From positions 4,000,001-4,064,000 of the forward strand of contig CAVYRF010000002.1 of assembly GCA_963770895.1 (NCBI GenBank): 64,000 nucleotides of DNA, in the 5' to 3' direction. The DNA is from an uncultured Acidobacteriota bacterium (GTDB lineage: Bacteria > Acidobacteriota > Thermoanaerobaculia > Multivoradales > UBA5704). Of the stretch, positions 28,864-38,519 are shown one piece after another; the stretch's first letter is position 1; the number at the start of each line of letters is the position of its first letter. Below the pieces are notes generated by a model. That model was not told the DNA's origin, searched no databases, and was given only the letters and a program-made list of their open reading frames with translations. The translations under genes and the position numbers were made by a program.

Positions 28864-29757
28864 ATGAGTGAAGCCAAGCTCGGAGGCCGGTTCACCTTCC
28901 CCGGCACCTCATTGACGGTTCAGCGGATGGGCTACGGCGCAATGCAGCTGGCTGGCCCTGGCGTGTGGGGGCCACCCAAGGATCCGGAGGGCGCCGTAGC
29001 CGTCCTCCGCGAGGCCGTGGCGGCCGGCGTAAACCATATCGATACGTCTGACTTCTATGGCCCCCACGTCACCAACCGGCTCATCCGGCAGGCTTTGCAT
29101 CCTTACCCGGAGGGGTTGGTGATCGTCACCAAGCTCGGAGCCCGCCGGCCCCCCGACCAGTCCTGGCAGCCAGCCATCTCGCCCGCAGAGCTGACCGCCG
29201 CCGTCCACGATAACCTCCGCAACCTGGGCTTGGAGGCGCTCGACGTCGTCAACTACCGCGCGATGGGGTCGGGCCAAGGCCCCGCGGAGGGGTCGATCGC
29301 CACGGAGATGACGGTGATGGCCGACCTGCGGCGCCAGGGGCTGATCCGACACGTCGGCCTGAGCAACGCCACGGCAGCCCAGGTAGCGGAGGCGCGGACG
29401 ATCACCGACATCGTTTGCGTGCAGAACCACTACAACCTGGCCCACCGCCACGACGACGGCCTGATCGACGACCTGGCCCGGCACGGCATCGCGTACGTGC
29501 CGTTCTTCCCGCTCGGCGGCTTCACGCCGTTGCAGTCGTCCAGTCTGTCGGAGGTCGCTGGCCGCCTGGAGGCCACGCCGATGCAGGTCGCGCTGGCTTG
29601 GCTGCTGCACCGTTCGCCCAACATCCTGTTGATTCCAGGCACGTCCTCGATCGCACACCTGCACCAGAACCTGGCTGCCGCGACGTTGACGCTGTCGGCG
29701 GAGACCCTGGCAACTCTGGACGGCATCGCCACCCCGGCGGCGGCAGCGAACCATTGA
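28864..29757 (+). CDS. Aldo/keto reductase (YdbC-like)
   Basis: MGYGAMQL, IDTSDFYG, IVTK, VGLSN, VQNHYN, LIPGTSSIAHL. Confidence 0.92.
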   Translation: MSEAKLGGRFTFPGTSLTVQRMGYGAMQLAGPGVWGPPKDPEGAVAVLREAVAAGVNHIDTSDFYGPHVTNRLIRQALHPYPEGLVIVTKLGARRPPDQSWQPAISPAELTAAVHDNLRNLGLEALDVVNYRAMGSGQGPAEGSIATEMTVMADLRRQGLIRHVGLSNATAAQVAEARTITDIVCVQNHYNLAHRHDDGLIDDLARHGIAYVPFFPLGGFTPLQSSSLSEVAGRLEATPMQVALAWLLHRSPNILLIPGTSSIAHLHQNLAAATLTLSAETLATLDGIATPAAAANH

Positions 29758-29778
29758 CGGCAGGTTCCCTGATCTGCA

Positions 29779-30381
29779 ATGCGCCCCGCTGACGCGCCTC
29801 TCACCCGCGATCGGATCCTGGCCACGGCCGAAGACGTCATCCGGCGCTTCGGCCCGGCCAAGGCGACCGTGGTGGACGTGGCCCGAGCGCTGGGAGTCAG
29901 CCACTCGGCCGTCTACCGTCACGTGGCGACCAAGGCCGAGCTGCGTGACCTGGTCGTCGGCCGCTGGCTGGAGGCGACCATGCCTCCGCTGCGGGCCATC
30001 GCCGCCCTGCCCGGCTCGGCCCCACGGCGGCTGCGCCAGCTGGTCGACACCCTGATCGCAATCAAGCGTCGCCGGGCCGACGACGACCCGGAGATCTTCG
30101 CCACCTATCTGACGCTGGCGGTCCATACCCAGTCCGTCGTCGCCGCCCACGTCGACGAGTTGGTCGGCCTGGCAGCGAGTGTCATCCGCTCGGGCGCGAA
30201 GGAAGGCACTTTCCGCGCCGTCGACCCCGTGGCCGCCGGTCGATCGGTACTGCTCGCCACGTCGCGGTTTCACCACCCCGCCCACGCTGCAGAGTGGCGC
30301 GACCCCGCCATCGACGCGAGGTACAACGACCTGTGGCAGCTGCTGATGGATGGACTGTGCGTGGCGAAGAGCCCCGGTTAG
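29779..30381 (+). CDS. TetR-family transcriptional regulator
   Basis: HTH TVVDVARALGVSHSAVYRH. Confidence 0.92.
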   Translation: MRPADAPLTRDRILATAEDVIRRFGPAKATVVDVARALGVSHSAVYRHVATKAELRDLVVGRWLEATMPPLRAIAALPGSAPRRLRQLVDTLIAIKRRRADDDPEIFATYLTLAVHTQSVVAAHVDELVGLAASVIRSGAKEGTFRAVDPVAAGRSVLLATSRFHHPAHAAEWRDPAIDARYNDLWQLLMDGLCVAKSPG

Positions 30382-30445
30382 AAGGGCCGCCCGAGACGCG
30401 CGACATGCGGCGGATGATGGCGGTGTTGGCGCAGAGCCGTGGCGG

Positions 30446-30877
30446 CTAGCGCTCTCTCGTGCCGACCGCCTCGTTCACCAGCGTCCAATGCGCACCTTTG
30501 TCAGCCGATATTTCGAGCCGCGCCAGGTGTTTGTCGGCGGAGACGAAGGTATAGATCTCGCGCGCATCGGCCATGCCGCCACTCCGTCTGGGAATTTCAA
30601 AGGGCCTGGTCCAGACATTTCCATCGACATGCACGACCCCTTCGTGTGGCCCGCCTTCGAGAAACACGCCCGTATGTTTGAAAGTCTTGTCGACGTCGCT
30701 GTAATAGAAGATGGAGAGGTCGGTGGTGACGCGGCCGTCCTCGGGATCGGGCCGCAGACCCAGATAGTCGCAGACCATGAAGGCGCCGTGGGGAAGCACG
30801 GAACATTTCGCGTCGTAGTCTTCCGCTCTGGCATGGCCAAACTGCGTCTCTTTGGTCTCGATGTGTAGTGGCGGCAA
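30446..30877 (-). CDS. Hypothetical beta-rich protein (DUF1579-like), possibly 5'-truncated
   Basis: C-terminal EISADKGAHW pattern; TTG start without RBS, directly after a hairpin. Confidence 0.4.
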   Translation of the reverse strand: MPPLHIETKETQFGHARAEDYDAKCSVLPHGAFMVCDYLGLRPDPEDGRVTTDLSIFYYSDVDKTFKHTGVFLEGGPHEGVVHVDGNVWTRPFEIPRRSGGMADAREIYTFVSADKHLARLEISADKGAHWTLVNEAVGTRER

Positions 30878-30892
30878 GCAGCCGGGCGCGGG

Positions 30893-30927
30893 CGCCCGAG
30901 TCCGGGGTGTGAATCCGGACTCGGGCG
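30893..30927 (-). terminator. Hairpin downstream of the TonB-dependent receptor gene
   Basis: 13-bp perfect inverted repeat CGCCCGAGTCCGG / CCGGACTCGGGCG with a 9-nt loop; no strong U tract. Confidence 0.55.
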
Positions 30928-30964
30928 TTGGCTTCAGGGGTGGCAGGGGTGCCGGCTGGCCGGG

Positions 30965-33421
30965 TCAGAAGGTGTAGGTGACGTGGCCGGAGTATTCGCG
31001 CGGCGGGATGACGTGGGTGCCGCCGAAGGTGGACATGAAGTTGTAGAGGCCTTCCTTGTCGAAGGCGTTCAGCAGGTCGAACTGCACGTCGAGCGGCACG
31101 CCGTACTGCTTGAGGCGGGCGCCCAGGGAGAAGTCCCAGATGGTGCGCGACTTGACGCGCTGGGGGTTGGAGTCGAAGTTGATGTAGGGGAGCGCGTAGG
31201 CGGTGTCGGCGCCGCCGGCCAGGACGTCGGCGGGGGAGCCGGCATCGGTGACCAGGCCGGAGTCGAAGCGCTGGGTGACGCCGGCCCAATAGCCGGTCTG
31301 CGGGATGTCCCAGATGATGCCCAGCTGCTCCTGGATGTTCTGGTCGTGATCGATGACGAAGGGTCCCTGGTTGATGACGTCCACTTCGTCGGAGCTGAGG
31401 AACAGGCCGCCTTCAAACGGCGGCACGTAGATGGCGCGGACGTGGCCGACCGAGACGTAGCTGTGCAGGCCGTTCCAGGTGGCGGTGTCGAAGCGGACGT
31501 TCCAGCCGGACAGCTCGCCGCGCGCGAAGTTGAGCGGGAAGACGATGCCCGTGTTGAAGAACTGGTCCTGGTCGGCGGCGTTCTTGACCTGCCGCTTCCA
31601 GTAGGACACGTCCATGCGCAGCCATTTGCCGAGCCCCTGCTGAATGCCGTAGTTGTAGGCGTCGTGGCGCTCCGAGACGTTGAACAGGTTGCCGCCGCCC
31701 AGGTTGTGGTCCTGCTGCACGTCGGGCGGCGTGATCGCCGCCGCGGCGGCCGAGGACGACAGCAGGATGTTTTCGTATTCGGGGGTGATGAACATGCGAT
31801 CGAACGAGGCGCGCAGCACGGTCTTGGTGGTGGCGATGTAGTACGCCGCGCCCAGCCGCGGCTCCAGGTCGTCCTCGGTGAGGAAGAGGTGGTTGTTGTC
31901 GTAGCGCAGGCCGGCGTTGACGGTCAGGTTGCCCCAGTGCAGGGTGTCCTCGACGTAGGCGGCCTCGTAGGCGCCGGTCTTGGCGCCGTTGAACTCGAAC
32001 GGGTGGCCGCCGCGGGTGCCGTCATAGGGGACCAGGTTGGGGTTGTAACCGTCCGAGCCCGGCGCGTTGAGCGTCGGGTCGGTGATCAGGAACGAAAACT
32101 GCTCGTTGATCGGGAAGCGCTTGGCCTGGGCGCCGGCCTTGATCTCGTTGTTGGCGATGTCCTTGGTGAGCGAAAAGTTGAAGCCCTGGTTGTCCAGCGA
32201 GCGGTTTTGCGCCGCCAGGACCGGCGTGTCGTTGGGCGAGGAGAGCAGCTGCAGGTTGTTGTCGCGGGCATAGACCTGGGCTTCTCCCACCATGTCGCTG
32301 CCGAAGATGTGCAGGTAGTCGGCGTTGACGTTCCAATCGCGGGTGTGGACGCGTTCGTCCTGGCCGGCGGCCTCTTGCGAGGGGAGGTTGGTGACGTCGC
32401 GATCGGTCTGGCCGCCGTTGGTGGTGAGGCGGAAGGAGTCCTGCCCCTGGCCGTTGCCGGGCAGCAGGTCGTAGCGCAAGAAGCCGCGCAGGGTGTCGCC
32501 GTGATTGTTGAAGTTGTCGAACGTCACCGGGTCCAGGAAGCGGTTCGACTCCGAGCCGTCAAGGTTGAGGTACAGCCCCTGCTGCTTGCCGCCGTAGCCC
32601 AGGCCCAGGTCGGCGTCGTAGGTGTCGAAGCTGGCGGCGCCGGCGTTGACGTCGCCTTTGAACCCGTGCTGGCCCAGGGCGGAATGGGTGACCAGGTTGA
32701 TGACGCCGTACGCCTTTTCACCGTATTCCGCCGGCACGCCGCCGGTGGTGATCTCGATCCCCTGCAGGATCGCCGGGTTGAGGGAGTTCGAAAAGGTGAT
32801 GCCGACCTGGTCGCCGATCGGCTGGCCGTCGATCACCAGCAGCTGTTGCGAGTGGCCGCCCTGGAAGTGATAGCGGCCGTTTTCGTCCATGCTGAAGCCG
32901 GGCGCCGAAGTGACGATCGATTCGAAGGCGCGCGAGGGGACGACGGAGGGCATGCGCTGGATGAGCGACGAATCGATATCGGTGTGGGTCGTCACCTCGT
33001 CGCGCTCCAGCGCCACGGATTCCTTTTGCGCCGTCACGGTGGTGGTTTCGGCAAACGCCGCGGTGAGGCGCAGGTCGCGCTCGACGGGGAGGTTGCCGCG
33101 CACGTCCACGTCGACGTGGGTCTCCTTGAAGCCTTCGAGGAAGGCCGTCAGGTGATAGGGGTTGTTGGGGACGTTGTACAGAGTGAAGGAGCCGTCGGCG
33201 CCCGACACGGCCTGCTGCGAATAGCCGGTCAGGTCGTTGCTCAGCGAAACGGTGACGCCGGGGAGCGGTGAGTTGTCGGGGCCGAAGACATGGCCGCGAA
33301 CCTGGCCGGCCATGGCGGCGACCGGTGCGGCAAAGGATAGGACCAGCAGGCAGACGGCGGCGACGAAGCGTGCGGCAATCGGGCGCCGCGCGCCGGCGGC
33401 GACCGTGAACGGATCAAGCAT
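30965..33421 (-). CDS. TonB-dependent receptor with N-terminal carboxypeptidase-regulatory-like domain
   Basis: Signal peptide; plug motifs IDGQPI and GGVPAEYG...GVINL; GLRYD; terminal TYTF; GGAGG RBS. Confidence 0.9.
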   Translation of the reverse strand: MLDPFTVAAGARRPIAARFVAAVCLLVLSFAAPVAAMAGQVRGHVFGPDNSPLPGVTVSLSNDLTGYSQQAVSGADGSFTLYNVPNNPYHLTAFLEGFKETHVDVDVRGNLPVERDLRLTAAFAETTTVTAQKESVALERDEVTTHTDIDSSLIQRMPSVVPSRAFESIVTSAPGFSMDENGRYHFQGGHSQQLLVIDGQPIGDQVGITFSNSLNPAILQGIEITTGGVPAEYGEKAYGVINLVTHSALGQHGFKGDVNAGAASFDTYDADLGLGYGGKQQGLYLNLDGSESNRFLDPVTFDNFNNHGDTLRGFLRYDLLPGNGQGQDSFRLTTNGGQTDRDVTNLPSQEAAGQDERVHTRDWNVNADYLHIFGSDMVGEAQVYARDNNLQLLSSPNDTPVLAAQNRSLDNQGFNFSLTKDIANNEIKAGAQAKRFPINEQFSFLITDPTLNAPGSDGYNPNLVPYDGTRGGHPFEFNGAKTGAYEAAYVEDTLHWGNLTVNAGLRYDNNHLFLTEDDLEPRLGAAYYIATTKTVLRASFDRMFITPEYENILLSSSAAAAAITPPDVQQDHNLGGGNLFNVSERHDAYNYGIQQGLGKWLRMDVSYWKRQVKNAADQDQFFNTGIVFPLNFARGELSGWNVRFDTATWNGLHSYVSVGHVRAIYVPPFEGGLFLSSDEVDVINQGPFVIDHDQNIQEQLGIIWDIPQTGYWAGVTQRFDSGLVTDAGSPADVLAGGADTAYALPYINFDSNPQRVKSRTIWDFSLGARLKQYGVPLDVQFDLLNAFDKEGLYNFMSTFGGTHVIPPREYSGHVTYTF

Positions 33422-33631
33422 GAGACCTCCAAGGGCGGTGCGCGTCCGCGTCGGCGCGGGCCTGCCGCGGCGGCGAACACGTCGTGCAGCGTGGCTCGCA
33501 TGGCTCCGCGCGTCACGCCGAATGCGCGACGGCGCGGCCGCGCACGCGCCGGATACGCCATCGGGCGTACAGGCGGGCGCTGGGGTCCGGCAGTTGTCCG
33601 GACAGCCGCTGAAATGGGAAGAGCCGGGAGG

Positions 33632-34060
33632 TCAGGCGAAAGGCGGGGCGCGCGCGCCGTCAGGACGCAGCGAGCGCAGCAGCGGCGAAGCCGCGACGGC
33701 GGGAGGCAGCGAGTGGTCGGCCAGCCCGATCGAAAGCGCCGCGCCGCGCCCCGGCTGGGCGCCGAAACCGTTCAAGCGATTCAGGCAGACGGCGCAGATC
33801 GGGCGCTGCACCGGCGTCGCGTTTTCGGCGTGCGCCGGCTGCACGGGGTGGCTGGCACCCTGGAAAAACGTTTCGTCATGGTGGCCGGCGAGTGCCGCAA
33901 GCGGTTCCGACGCCTCGTTGGCCGGGTGGATCTCCAGCCCGCCGCCGAGCACCGTCGCCGCCAGCAGCGCCGCAACGGCCGCCTGGGCGATCACCCAGGC
34001 GCGGCCGCCGCGTCCGCGGCGTCGCAAGGTCCCGGCACCGCCGGGAAGCATCTCCATCAT
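33632..34060 (-). CDS. DUF2946-like leader protein (signal/TM, His-rich, CxxC, C-terminal RAPP)
   Basis: Hydrophobic N-terminus, HHDE, CAVC, ends GARAPPFA-stop; directly upstream of and co-directional with the receptor. Confidence 0.78.
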   Translation of the reverse strand: MMEMLPGGAGTLRRRGRGGRAWVIAQAAVAALLAATVLGGGLEIHPANEASEPLAALAGHHDETFFQGASHPVQPAHAENATPVQRPICAVCLNRLNGFGAQPGRGAALSIGLADHSLPPAVAASPLLRSLRPDGARAPPFA

Positions 34061-34069
34061 GGCGCCGAG

Positions 34070-34078
34070 ATGCTAACA
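34070..34078 (-). promoter_or_regulatory. Extended -10 element (TGnTAGCAT) of the leader ORF, near-leaderless transcript
   Basis: Minus strand TGTTAGCAT ends 9 nt before ATG 34060; no SD. Confidence 0.45.
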
Positions 34079-34145
34079 GAAACCCGCCGGTGACGAAAAT
34101 CTATCTGCGCCGCTCGTGGCGCCGGTCGTCCAACTTTGCCGTAGG

Positions 34146-36443
34146 ATGATGGGAATGCTTGTCAAAGGCTTGCTTGGCGGACGGGGTGCCGCGCCGGCGC
34201 GGGGAGCGGTGCTGGGGCGGCGGCTCGTCCTCGCGCTGGGGGTCGGGCTCGGTCTGAGCGGCCCCATGGCTGTTGCGGCGACGGCGGCCAGCGCCGCGGC
34301 GGCCGGCAGCGCGGCAGCGGGGGCAGAGCGCGCGGTTGCGGCGCAGTTTCCGGCCGGCCGGCTGCCGGTGATCGCGCCGCAGGGCCTGGCGCAGATTGCC
34401 GGTCTGCTGGCGGAGAAGGCGCGGCGCACGCCGGCCCAGGCGAAGCTCGATTCGCACCTGCTGTACGCGGTCAGGGCGGCGCGCGGCGAAGCGCCGGCGG
34501 CGGGGGTCGATCTGCGGCGGGCGATGGCGGCGACGGTCGGGGTCGATGCGCGGCAGCGGGTGGCGGTGGAGGTGCGAGGCGAGGTGGGCGGCGCGCTGCT
34601 CGGGGCGCTGGCGGGGCTGGGGGCCGAAAGTGTTGTGGCGCACGCTGAGCTCGGTTCGCTGCGGGCGAGCCTGCCGCTGGCGCGGCTGGAAGAAGCGGCG
34701 GCGCTGCCGGGGGTGCGGTTCATCGGGCCGCTGCCGCAGCGATCGGCGGCCGCCGGCCCGGATGGGAGCGGCGACGTCGCCCATGCGGCGAACCTGGTGC
34801 GGGTGGATGCAGGCATCGCCGGCGCCGGCGTCAGGGTGGGGGTGATCTCGACCGGGGTCACCTCGCTCGCGGCGCAGCAGGCCGCGGGATCGCTGCCGGG
34901 CAACGTGACGGTGCTGCCCGGCCTGGCCGGCAGCGGTGACGAGGGGACGGCGGTCCTGGAGGTGATCTACACCCTGGCGCCGGCGGCGCAGCTCTACTTT
35001 GCGACCAGCGGCGCCACCGACGCCGACATGGCGGCGGCGATCGCGGCGCTGCAGGCGGCTGGCTGCCAGATCATCGTCGACGACATCACTTTCTACGACG
35101 AGCCGGCGTTTCAGGATGGCCCCATCGCGCAAGCGGTGGATGCCTTCACCAACGGCGGCGGCCTGTACGTGTCGTCGGCGGGCAACGACGGCAACCTGGA
35201 CAGCGGCACGGCGGGCGTCTGGGAGGGCGATTTTGTCGCCGCCACGGCGTCGATCGCGGCGGTCAGCGCCAGCGACACCGGGGTTTTGCACAGCTTCGGC
35301 GCCGCCGACCATGCGACGCTGGTCGCGGGCACCAAGGCCTGGACCACGCTCGAATGGTCGGATCCCCTGGGCGCCTCCGCCAACGACTACGACCTGTTCC
35401 TGCTGAGCGGCGACCTGACGACGGTGATCGACTACTCGACCAACGTCCAGAACGGCACCCAGGACCCGTACGAGCACGTCGGCACCACCAGCGCCGGCGA
35501 GGCGCTGGTCGTCGTGCAGCACAACGGCGCGGCGCGCTACCTGCGGCTGGCCGCCAACCTGGGCCGGCTGAGCCCCGCCACCGCCGGCGCCACGGCGGGC
35601 CACAACGGCGGCGCCGCCACGGTGTCGGTCGCGGCGGTCAACGTCACGTATGCCGGCGGCGGGGCGTTCGCCGCGGCCGATGCCGCGCCGATCGCCAGCT
35701 ACAGCTCCGACGGGCCGCGCCGCCTCTTTTTCACCCCGGCGGGGGCGGCGATCACGCCCGGCAACTTCCTGGCGGCCAGCGGCGGCGGCAGCGTCCTGCC
35801 CAAGGTGGACCTGACTGCGGCCACCTGCGTGCCGACCACCGTCACCGGCTACGCCCAGCTCTGCGGCACCTCGGCCGCCGCACCGCACGTGGCGGCGATC
35901 GGCGCGCTGGCCTTGTCGCTGCCCAGCCACCCCTCGCCCGCCCAGGTGCGGGTGGCCCTGGAGCAGTCGGCGCTCGACATGGGCGCCGCCGGCTTCGACC
36001 GCGACTGGGGTCACGGCATCGCCATGGCCGACGCCACCATCGGCTACCTGGCCGCGCCGCCGGCGGTGCGCTTCTACACCGTCACCCCCTGCCGCGCGGT
36101 CGATACCCGCACCGCGGCCGGCCCGCTGGGCGGCCCGGCGCTGCAAGCGAACGCGGTGCGAGCGTTCACCCTGACCGGCGCCTGCGGCATCCCCGCCGGC
36201 GCCAAGGCCGTCGCCGCCAACGTCACGGTCGTGGTGCCCGGCGCCGCCGGCGACCTGCGCTTCTATGCCGGCGACGACAGCGTGGCGCCGCTCGCGAGCA
36301 CCATCAACTTTGGCGCCGGCGCCCTGCTGGCCAACAACGCCATGCTGCAGCTGGCCCACGACGGCAGCGGCACCGTCAACGTGCAATCCGATGCCACCGC
36401 GCCGGTCGATCTGCTGATCGACGTCAACGGCTACTACCAGTAG
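34146..36443 (+). CDS. Secreted S8/S53-like protease paralog with C-terminal PCRxxDTR beta-domain
   Basis: EKARRTPAQAKLDSHL prodomain shared with 24769-28095; DEGTA, SAGNDG, GTSAAAPH; tail FYTVTPCRAVDTR...IDVNGYYQ. Confidence 0.82.
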   Translation: MMGMLVKGLLGGRGAAPARGAVLGRRLVLALGVGLGLSGPMAVAATAASAAAAGSAAAGAERAVAAQFPAGRLPVIAPQGLAQIAGLLAEKARRTPAQAKLDSHLLYAVRAARGEAPAAGVDLRRAMAATVGVDARQRVAVEVRGEVGGALLGALAGLGAESVVAHAELGSLRASLPLARLEEAAALPGVRFIGPLPQRSAAAGPDGSGDVAHAANLVRVDAGIAGAGVRVGVISTGVTSLAAQQAAGSLPGNVTVLPGLAGSGDEGTAVLEVIYTLAPAAQLYFATSGATDADMAAAIAALQAAGCQIIVDDITFYDEPAFQDGPIAQAVDAFTNGGGLYVSSAGNDGNLDSGTAGVWEGDFVAATASIAAVSASDTGVLHSFGAADHATLVAGTKAWTTLEWSDPLGASANDYDLFLLSGDLTTVIDYSTNVQNGTQDPYEHVGTTSAGEALVVVQHNGAARYLRLAANLGRLSPATAGATAGHNGGAATVSVAAVNVTYAGGGAFAAADAAPIASYSSDGPRRLFFTPAGAAITPGNFLAASGGGSVLPKVDLTAATCVPTTVTGYAQLCGTSAAAPHVAAIGALALSLPSHPSPAQVRVALEQSALDMGAAGFDRDWGHGIAMADATIGYLAAPPAVRFYTVTPCRAVDTRTAAGPLGGPALQANAVRAFTLTGACGIPAGAKAVAANVTVVVPGAAGDLRFYAGDDSVAPLASTINFGAGALLANNAMLQLAHDGSGTVNVQSDATAPVDLLIDVNGYYQ

Positions 36444-36607
36444 CGCCGGCAGCGCGCCGCAGCGTTGCCGGTTGGCGCCAGCCCCGCCGCCGCTCCCGGC
36501 GCGGGGCGCGCGCGATCGGCCATCGCCATGTGCAACACGATCGATAAGCTTCCTCGACCGGCGGACCCTCCATAGACTTGCATGAGACTCTTTTGGAGGG
36601 ATCTATT

Positions 36608-38320
36608 ATGAGCAAACGTAGGAACGAGGCCGGCGCGTCGAGCTCCATCGGCTTTCCCAGCTCGAGCGTCGCCACCTTGGGGCTATGGGCGTACCTGATC
36701 GTTTTCGGCGGCGGCTGCCTGGCCTTGTATTATCAGAGAATCCATTACATCCCGGAGCTGCATTGGGAAGATGCTCTGAGCGAGCTGTTTGTCCTGTCGA
36801 TCCTGGGCGGCTGCGTCTGGATCTTGTTCGGGCTGCTTCTGTTTCTGCCGGGTGCGATCTGGTCGCGAGAGCTGATATGGGATAACACGCTCCGCGACGT
36901 GCTGTGCTTCAACGGTGACGAGAAGGCCAGGGAGCCCTGCCTGTCCAGCATCTGGAGGAGCGTCGGGATGCCGTTCGCGGTGTACATGGGCTGCGCTCAC
37001 CTCGGCCTCATTTTGGGCAGGATCTGGCTGTGCGTCGCCTGCCCGGTGGGATTCGTGCTCGCCCTCTGGCTCTGCCTGCGCGAAATGCGCGCCGACCTTG
37101 GCTACCCGCGCACCCACCCCAAAAGGTGGCCCTGGCTGCTGACTGCCTGGCGCGACCCTGACGCCTCTCCGCAGCTTGCGGCCGGGTACGCCACAGCCGG
37201 CGACACGCAGGCGGTGGAGCTCACCGAGGCGACGGGCGCCCCGGCAGGCCAGGAGCCCACGGTTGACAAAACAGCGCCGCCCCACTCGCGGTTGTCGAAA
37301 TATTTGTTTTGGTTCGGTATCTCGATGGCGCTCGGTTCGATGTCGTTGTTGATCGACTTTGCCCTGAGCGGGAGGCAGAGCATGCGTGATTGGAAGCTCG
37401 CCCTCATCTGCACTGCTGTGATCATTTGCGCCAATCTTGGCGTCGCGCTGCGCTTTAAATCGCATCCACCGTCCGCCGTCGGCATCAGCGTCGTGGCCGG
37501 CCTGGCGTTGCTGGTGGTTGGGGAGGCAATCGAAGACAGGAACAGCATGTTGTGCCGGACCATGGAGGCCTTCGGCGTCGGCGACGACACCAAGGTTTCT
37601 TTTACGGTGAAGGCAGGGTATCGCGACGTGCTGTGCGGGTTACAAATCCCCTTTCACCAGGTGGGCGGGCCGCAAGGAGCGCTGGTCATCCGCAACGCCG
37701 CGATGCTGTCGCGGCTCGGCGTCAATTACTTTGCGCGCGCCGGTGACCGGCAGTTCCAGCTGCCGAAGACGGAGGTCCTGTCATGGTCCGCGATGACCGA
37801 TTCCACCGTCGCCCTGCGGCGGCGACACCGCGACGCCGATATCGCTATCCAATCTGGCCGGGTCTTTGCCGACAAGATCGTATTTGCGAATGAAGCCGCC
37901 GAGGTCACGACGGATAACTCCCAGGTGCAGCTCCTGGCGCGATGGGAGTCCGACGTGATGCCGGAGCTGGTACATCTTGAAGTCTGCGGCGACCAGAGGT
38001 GCTTGTACCTGGCGCCGGCATCAGGGAATGAGGAACTTCAACCGGCCTTGGATAGCTGTGTCTCAGGCGCGGGCAAGCCGCCGGCCACTGCCACGGCTGC
38101 GACGACGGCCACGGCTGCGGCCACGGCCACGGCCGAGACCGCGAATCTGTACAGCGCCGGCTTCCCTATAAAAAGGGAGGTCGTTCCATGCAAGGCGGTC
38201 TGGAACGGGCACCTTGGCGCATGGCAGGTCGCCTCTATCGGTGGTCTCGCTCCAGGGGAATATGGTCTGTGGAACCCGAGAAGTGGCGACTTCGCGGCAT
38301 TTGCGGTGGGCGCTCCGTGA
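36608..38320 (+). CDS. Hypothetical multi-TM membrane protein with C-terminal soluble domain
   Basis: GGAGG RBS; about 7 hydrophobic segments; lower-GC codon usage. Confidence 0.6.
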   Translation: MSKRRNEAGASSSIGFPSSSVATLGLWAYLIVFGGGCLALYYQRIHYIPELHWEDALSELFVLSILGGCVWILFGLLLFLPGAIWSRELIWDNTLRDVLCFNGDEKAREPCLSSIWRSVGMPFAVYMGCAHLGLILGRIWLCVACPVGFVLALWLCLREMRADLGYPRTHPKRWPWLLTAWRDPDASPQLAAGYATAGDTQAVELTEATGAPAGQEPTVDKTAPPHSRLSKYLFWFGISMALGSMSLLIDFALSGRQSMRDWKLALICTAVIICANLGVALRFKSHPPSAVGISVVAGLALLVVGEAIEDRNSMLCRTMEAFGVGDDTKVSFTVKAGYRDVLCGLQIPFHQVGGPQGALVIRNAAMLSRLGVNYFARAGDRQFQLPKTEVLSWSAMTDSTVALRRRHRDADIAIQSGRVFADKIVFANEAAEVTTDNSQVQLLARWESDVMPELVHLEVCGDQRCLYLAPASGNEELQPALDSCVSGAGKPPATATAATTATAAATATAETANLYSAGFPIKREVVPCKAVWNGHLGAWQVASIGGLAPGEYGLWNPRSGDFAAFAVGAP

Positions 38321-38519
38321 ACTGACCGGCCAATCGCCATTAGCTCAGCCTCGCCGAGCGCACTCCCTCGCCGCACGCCGCCAGCATCACCAAACCGTCG
38401 CTCGTGCGCCAGGGGGCGGTGCCAGGGGCGCGCACCACCGCCGTACGGCTGGGAAGCAGGCCAGCTTTCCGCTACGATGCAGGCGGGGTGGGAGCGCGAG
38501 GCGGGGGCGGCGCGATGCG

